61,867 nucleotides of DNA, from contig JAPPFW010000004.1 in assembly GCA_028821575.1 (NCBI GenBank), positions 1 to 61,867 on the forward strand, given 5' to 3'. This stretch comes from a bacterium (GTDB lineage: Bacteria > Actinomycetota > Acidimicrobiia > Spongiisociales > Spongiisociaceae). Numbering within the stretch: position 1 is the stretch's first letter; each line of letters starts with the position of its first letter. A program made the translations under genes and the position numbers. The notes under the pieces were generated by a model, which was given only the letters and a program-made list of their open reading frames with translations, ran no database searches and was not told where the DNA came from. Shown in pieces: positions 59,532 to 61,867 of the stretch.

Positions 59532-60010
59532 CCCTGGTCAGAGCGCATTTCCGAGAACGTCCACCTGCGCCGGATGTGGCCCGTGTGGCCGACTCCGTCC
59601 CTGGTCGCCCTCTCTTGGTGGGGGTCCTCGCCGAGGGAGACTACGAGCCGGCTGCGTCGCCGGGCTGTTGTCCATCTCTAGTCCCAGTACGCTCGCCAAC
59701 CGGGGCGCATGGGTGCTGCCTCCACAAGACGGTGCCAGGTGGCGACGTGCTGGCCGCCGTCCCCCGCACGCGGACGGTCACCGGGGTGACCACGGCCCAG
59801 GCTGGTCACGGAACGGCGTGAAGCAGGAAGGTCACGGGGATCGGACCGCACCGTCGGTGGCGGTATCGATGGCGGCGGGCCGCACGTTCAGCGCGTGTTG
59901 GTTTGGGCTTCGGTGCCTCGGTTCCGACGATCGACTTGCCTTGCCGGTAGTCGGAACTGTCGATCTCGGCGCCCGCAGCGACGCAACCACAGCCACCTCC
60001 CTGGCACAGA

Positions 60011-60067
60011 CAAATGGCCGTTGAGGGGGGGTGGGCACAGTGCCCACCCCCCCTCAACGGCCATTTG
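60011..60067. repeat. 57-bp perfect palindrome (28-bp arms, 1-nt centre)
   Basis: CAAATGGCCGTTGAGGGGGGGTGGGCAC-A-GTGCCCACCCCCCCTCAACGGCCATTTG. Confidence 0.95.
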
Positions 60068-61867
60068 ACCGCCAGCGGGCGCAGAACGGTCGTGTTGGGA
60101 GCGTTGTGGCGCTATCAGGAAGCGTCGGTTCTTGCTGGTGTACCGAGTCGGGGGAGTCTCGTCATCGGGTCAGACTGCCTGTGGTATCTCGAGAATCTCG
60201 GGTGGCTGATCCCTGCTTCAGCCGCCTGCGGGTGGGTCGTTGTGCGACCACTCCTGGTAGTAGCGGGCGAGTTCCTCACGGTGGAATGCCTGGGCTAGAT
60301 CGGGAACCGATGCAGCCTCGATAAAGACTGCGGGGCACTGCCAGTAGCGGTCGAATGCCTTACGGCTGTCCGGCAGGGCTAGCAGCTCTTCCCGGCGTGC
60401 GGGTGACGTGTTCTTCGGGGGTAGCCGGAGGGCGGTGGTGGCGCTTCGCCTAGTTTCTTCGGCTGCTCGGCCTTGTACTCCGCCTCCCCACTTGGCATTG
60501 GGGTTGCCTTCCTTTCGGGTCGGAGTCCCCCGCCGGCCTGGCGCTGCGCCCGGTCGTCGCGGTGGTTTCGTTACCTCACGTTCTGCTGCTTGGTAGGTAG
60601 GGCGACCTGGCGGCAGGATTCGTCCTTGTCTGCTTGGCGTCGATGCATACCCGTTCGAGGTCGTGGAGCCGTCCGCGTTGTCGTACTCGTCGGCGGCCAG
60701 AGCGGGTCACGGCCCTTATTGGCGAGATCCCGCATCCAATCCTTGACACCCATCTCCGACCGTTGCCAGCGTCATCGCCCCGGCGGGGATGTACACGAAC
60801 TGTTGTTTCGTTAGATCGGCCCGGGCCTGATGGTCGACGCCGTCCTGGTGGCTAGACAACTAGGGTTGTCGCCGTGGTCGGTCATGATCGTCCCGTCGGT
60901 AACCATCTCCTGAACCTCGGCCGCCAAGCCGAGCAGCCGAGCGCTGCCTGGAGGGCAGTCCCCTTCGACCGCTGCAGCCGCCGTGCGACCAGCGCGTTGT
61001 GGTGGGCGGATGCATGGTCACCACCGTCGGCGTAGTTGAAAACAGCGCCCAGAACCCCCTCAGACGCGTAATACCCGGCGAGGGCGACACCGATTTTCGC
61101 AGTACTCAAACCCATCAGAAGCTGCATCACGCCAAGGGCGGCCACACGAACGCTCTCCGCAAGGCGCGAGGCGGCCACACCGGGGCCACACCAACCCCGC
61201 GAAACCCCAGGTAGTCCTACCAGTGTGGCCCCCGTGTGGCCGCATAGCGCGAAATCCGCCAGATCGGTCTCCCCACAGCCCGTCAGAGCGACCTGTTCGG
61301 GATACTAGGGCAGCGGAGGTGCCGCCGGGACCCCTGAGCAATGCCCAGGAAAAGCCGCCGCCGGTCGGTTACGAATGCCCAAGCACTTGCCCCGAGACGC
61401 GACCACGACGCGCAGAGCCGCCTGAAGAAAGCCGAAACCGAGTCGAAACGCCGATATTGACCGACCGAAGCAGCCGAAGCGAGCTACGGGGCCGTGATAG
61501 CGACGGAACTACGAGTTTGGAGGACCCCTGAATACATCGGTGAAGTGATCGACCGCACCCCGCTGGCAGTCCGCAAAACGTGGCTCCCACCAGTAGCCGA
61601 ACTCCCGCCGACAACCCGAGTTACAAAGGGGGTTTCCTAACGGCAAAGGGGGCTTTGGCATTTTAACGCAAACGTGTACGGCATCTTCTATCAGACTCTG
61701 TCTTGGTTGCTTGCTCTCACGGTTTGGTCCCATCTGCTCTTCTGTCTCTACTCTTGGGATTCGTCTGCTGCTCTGTTGATGATCGTTGAAACTCCCCAGT
61801 CTTGATCGTTGGAATTCCCCTTTACCTTGTTAGGTAGCTCTGATGTGTGATTATCGGGGCGGTTGCT

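Larger units (their letters stand above)
55525..61867. mobile_element. Integrative element (phage satellite/prophage-like island) at tRNA-Ala; right end not in window
   Basis: Integrase directly after the tRNA 3' end; AlpA, HTH and HNH genes; changed composition and low gene density; no second copy of the tRNA 3' end seen. Confidence 0.85.

Noticed and set aside
59550-61867. Short ORFs in the distal island as Rep/primase or structural genes
   Set aside because: No recognisable motifs and conflicting overlapping frames; I cannot support any call.

Overview
High-GC bacterial chromosome segment, most likely an actinobacterium (Acidimicrobiia-like). This is inferred from the F420-type LLM and PPOX enzymes, the alr/udg-tsaE-tsaB-rimI-tsaD-groES-groEL block with tandem CIRCE sites, and the fmdB-plsY-galU-moeA-moaC-(glpR-like)-tRNA-Ala block. 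1-31 kb is an accessory catabolic region: an Opp/Dpp-type ABC transporter with a duplicated permease, many hydrolases and oxidoreductases, PIN toxin-antitoxin modules and intergenic 7-bp tandem repeats. 31-55.5 kb is mostly housekeeping, plus a small MITE family and a Translin/Trax-like gene. From tRNA-Ala(CGC) at 55448-55524 to the window end lies an integrated phage-satellite/prophage-like island with a P4-type integrase, HTH, HNH and AlpA genes. The most striking object is inside this island: a stand-alone Cas7/RAMP-like gene (58195-58791) followed 9 bp later by 15 perfect GGC-NN pentamers with an invariant GGC and variable NN (58801-58875), then a structured tail. There is no CRISPR array and no other cas gene in the window. 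This is a candidate compact RNA-guided system whose guide information would sit in the interspersed dinucleotides. All calls come from reading motifs by eye; no database search was run.
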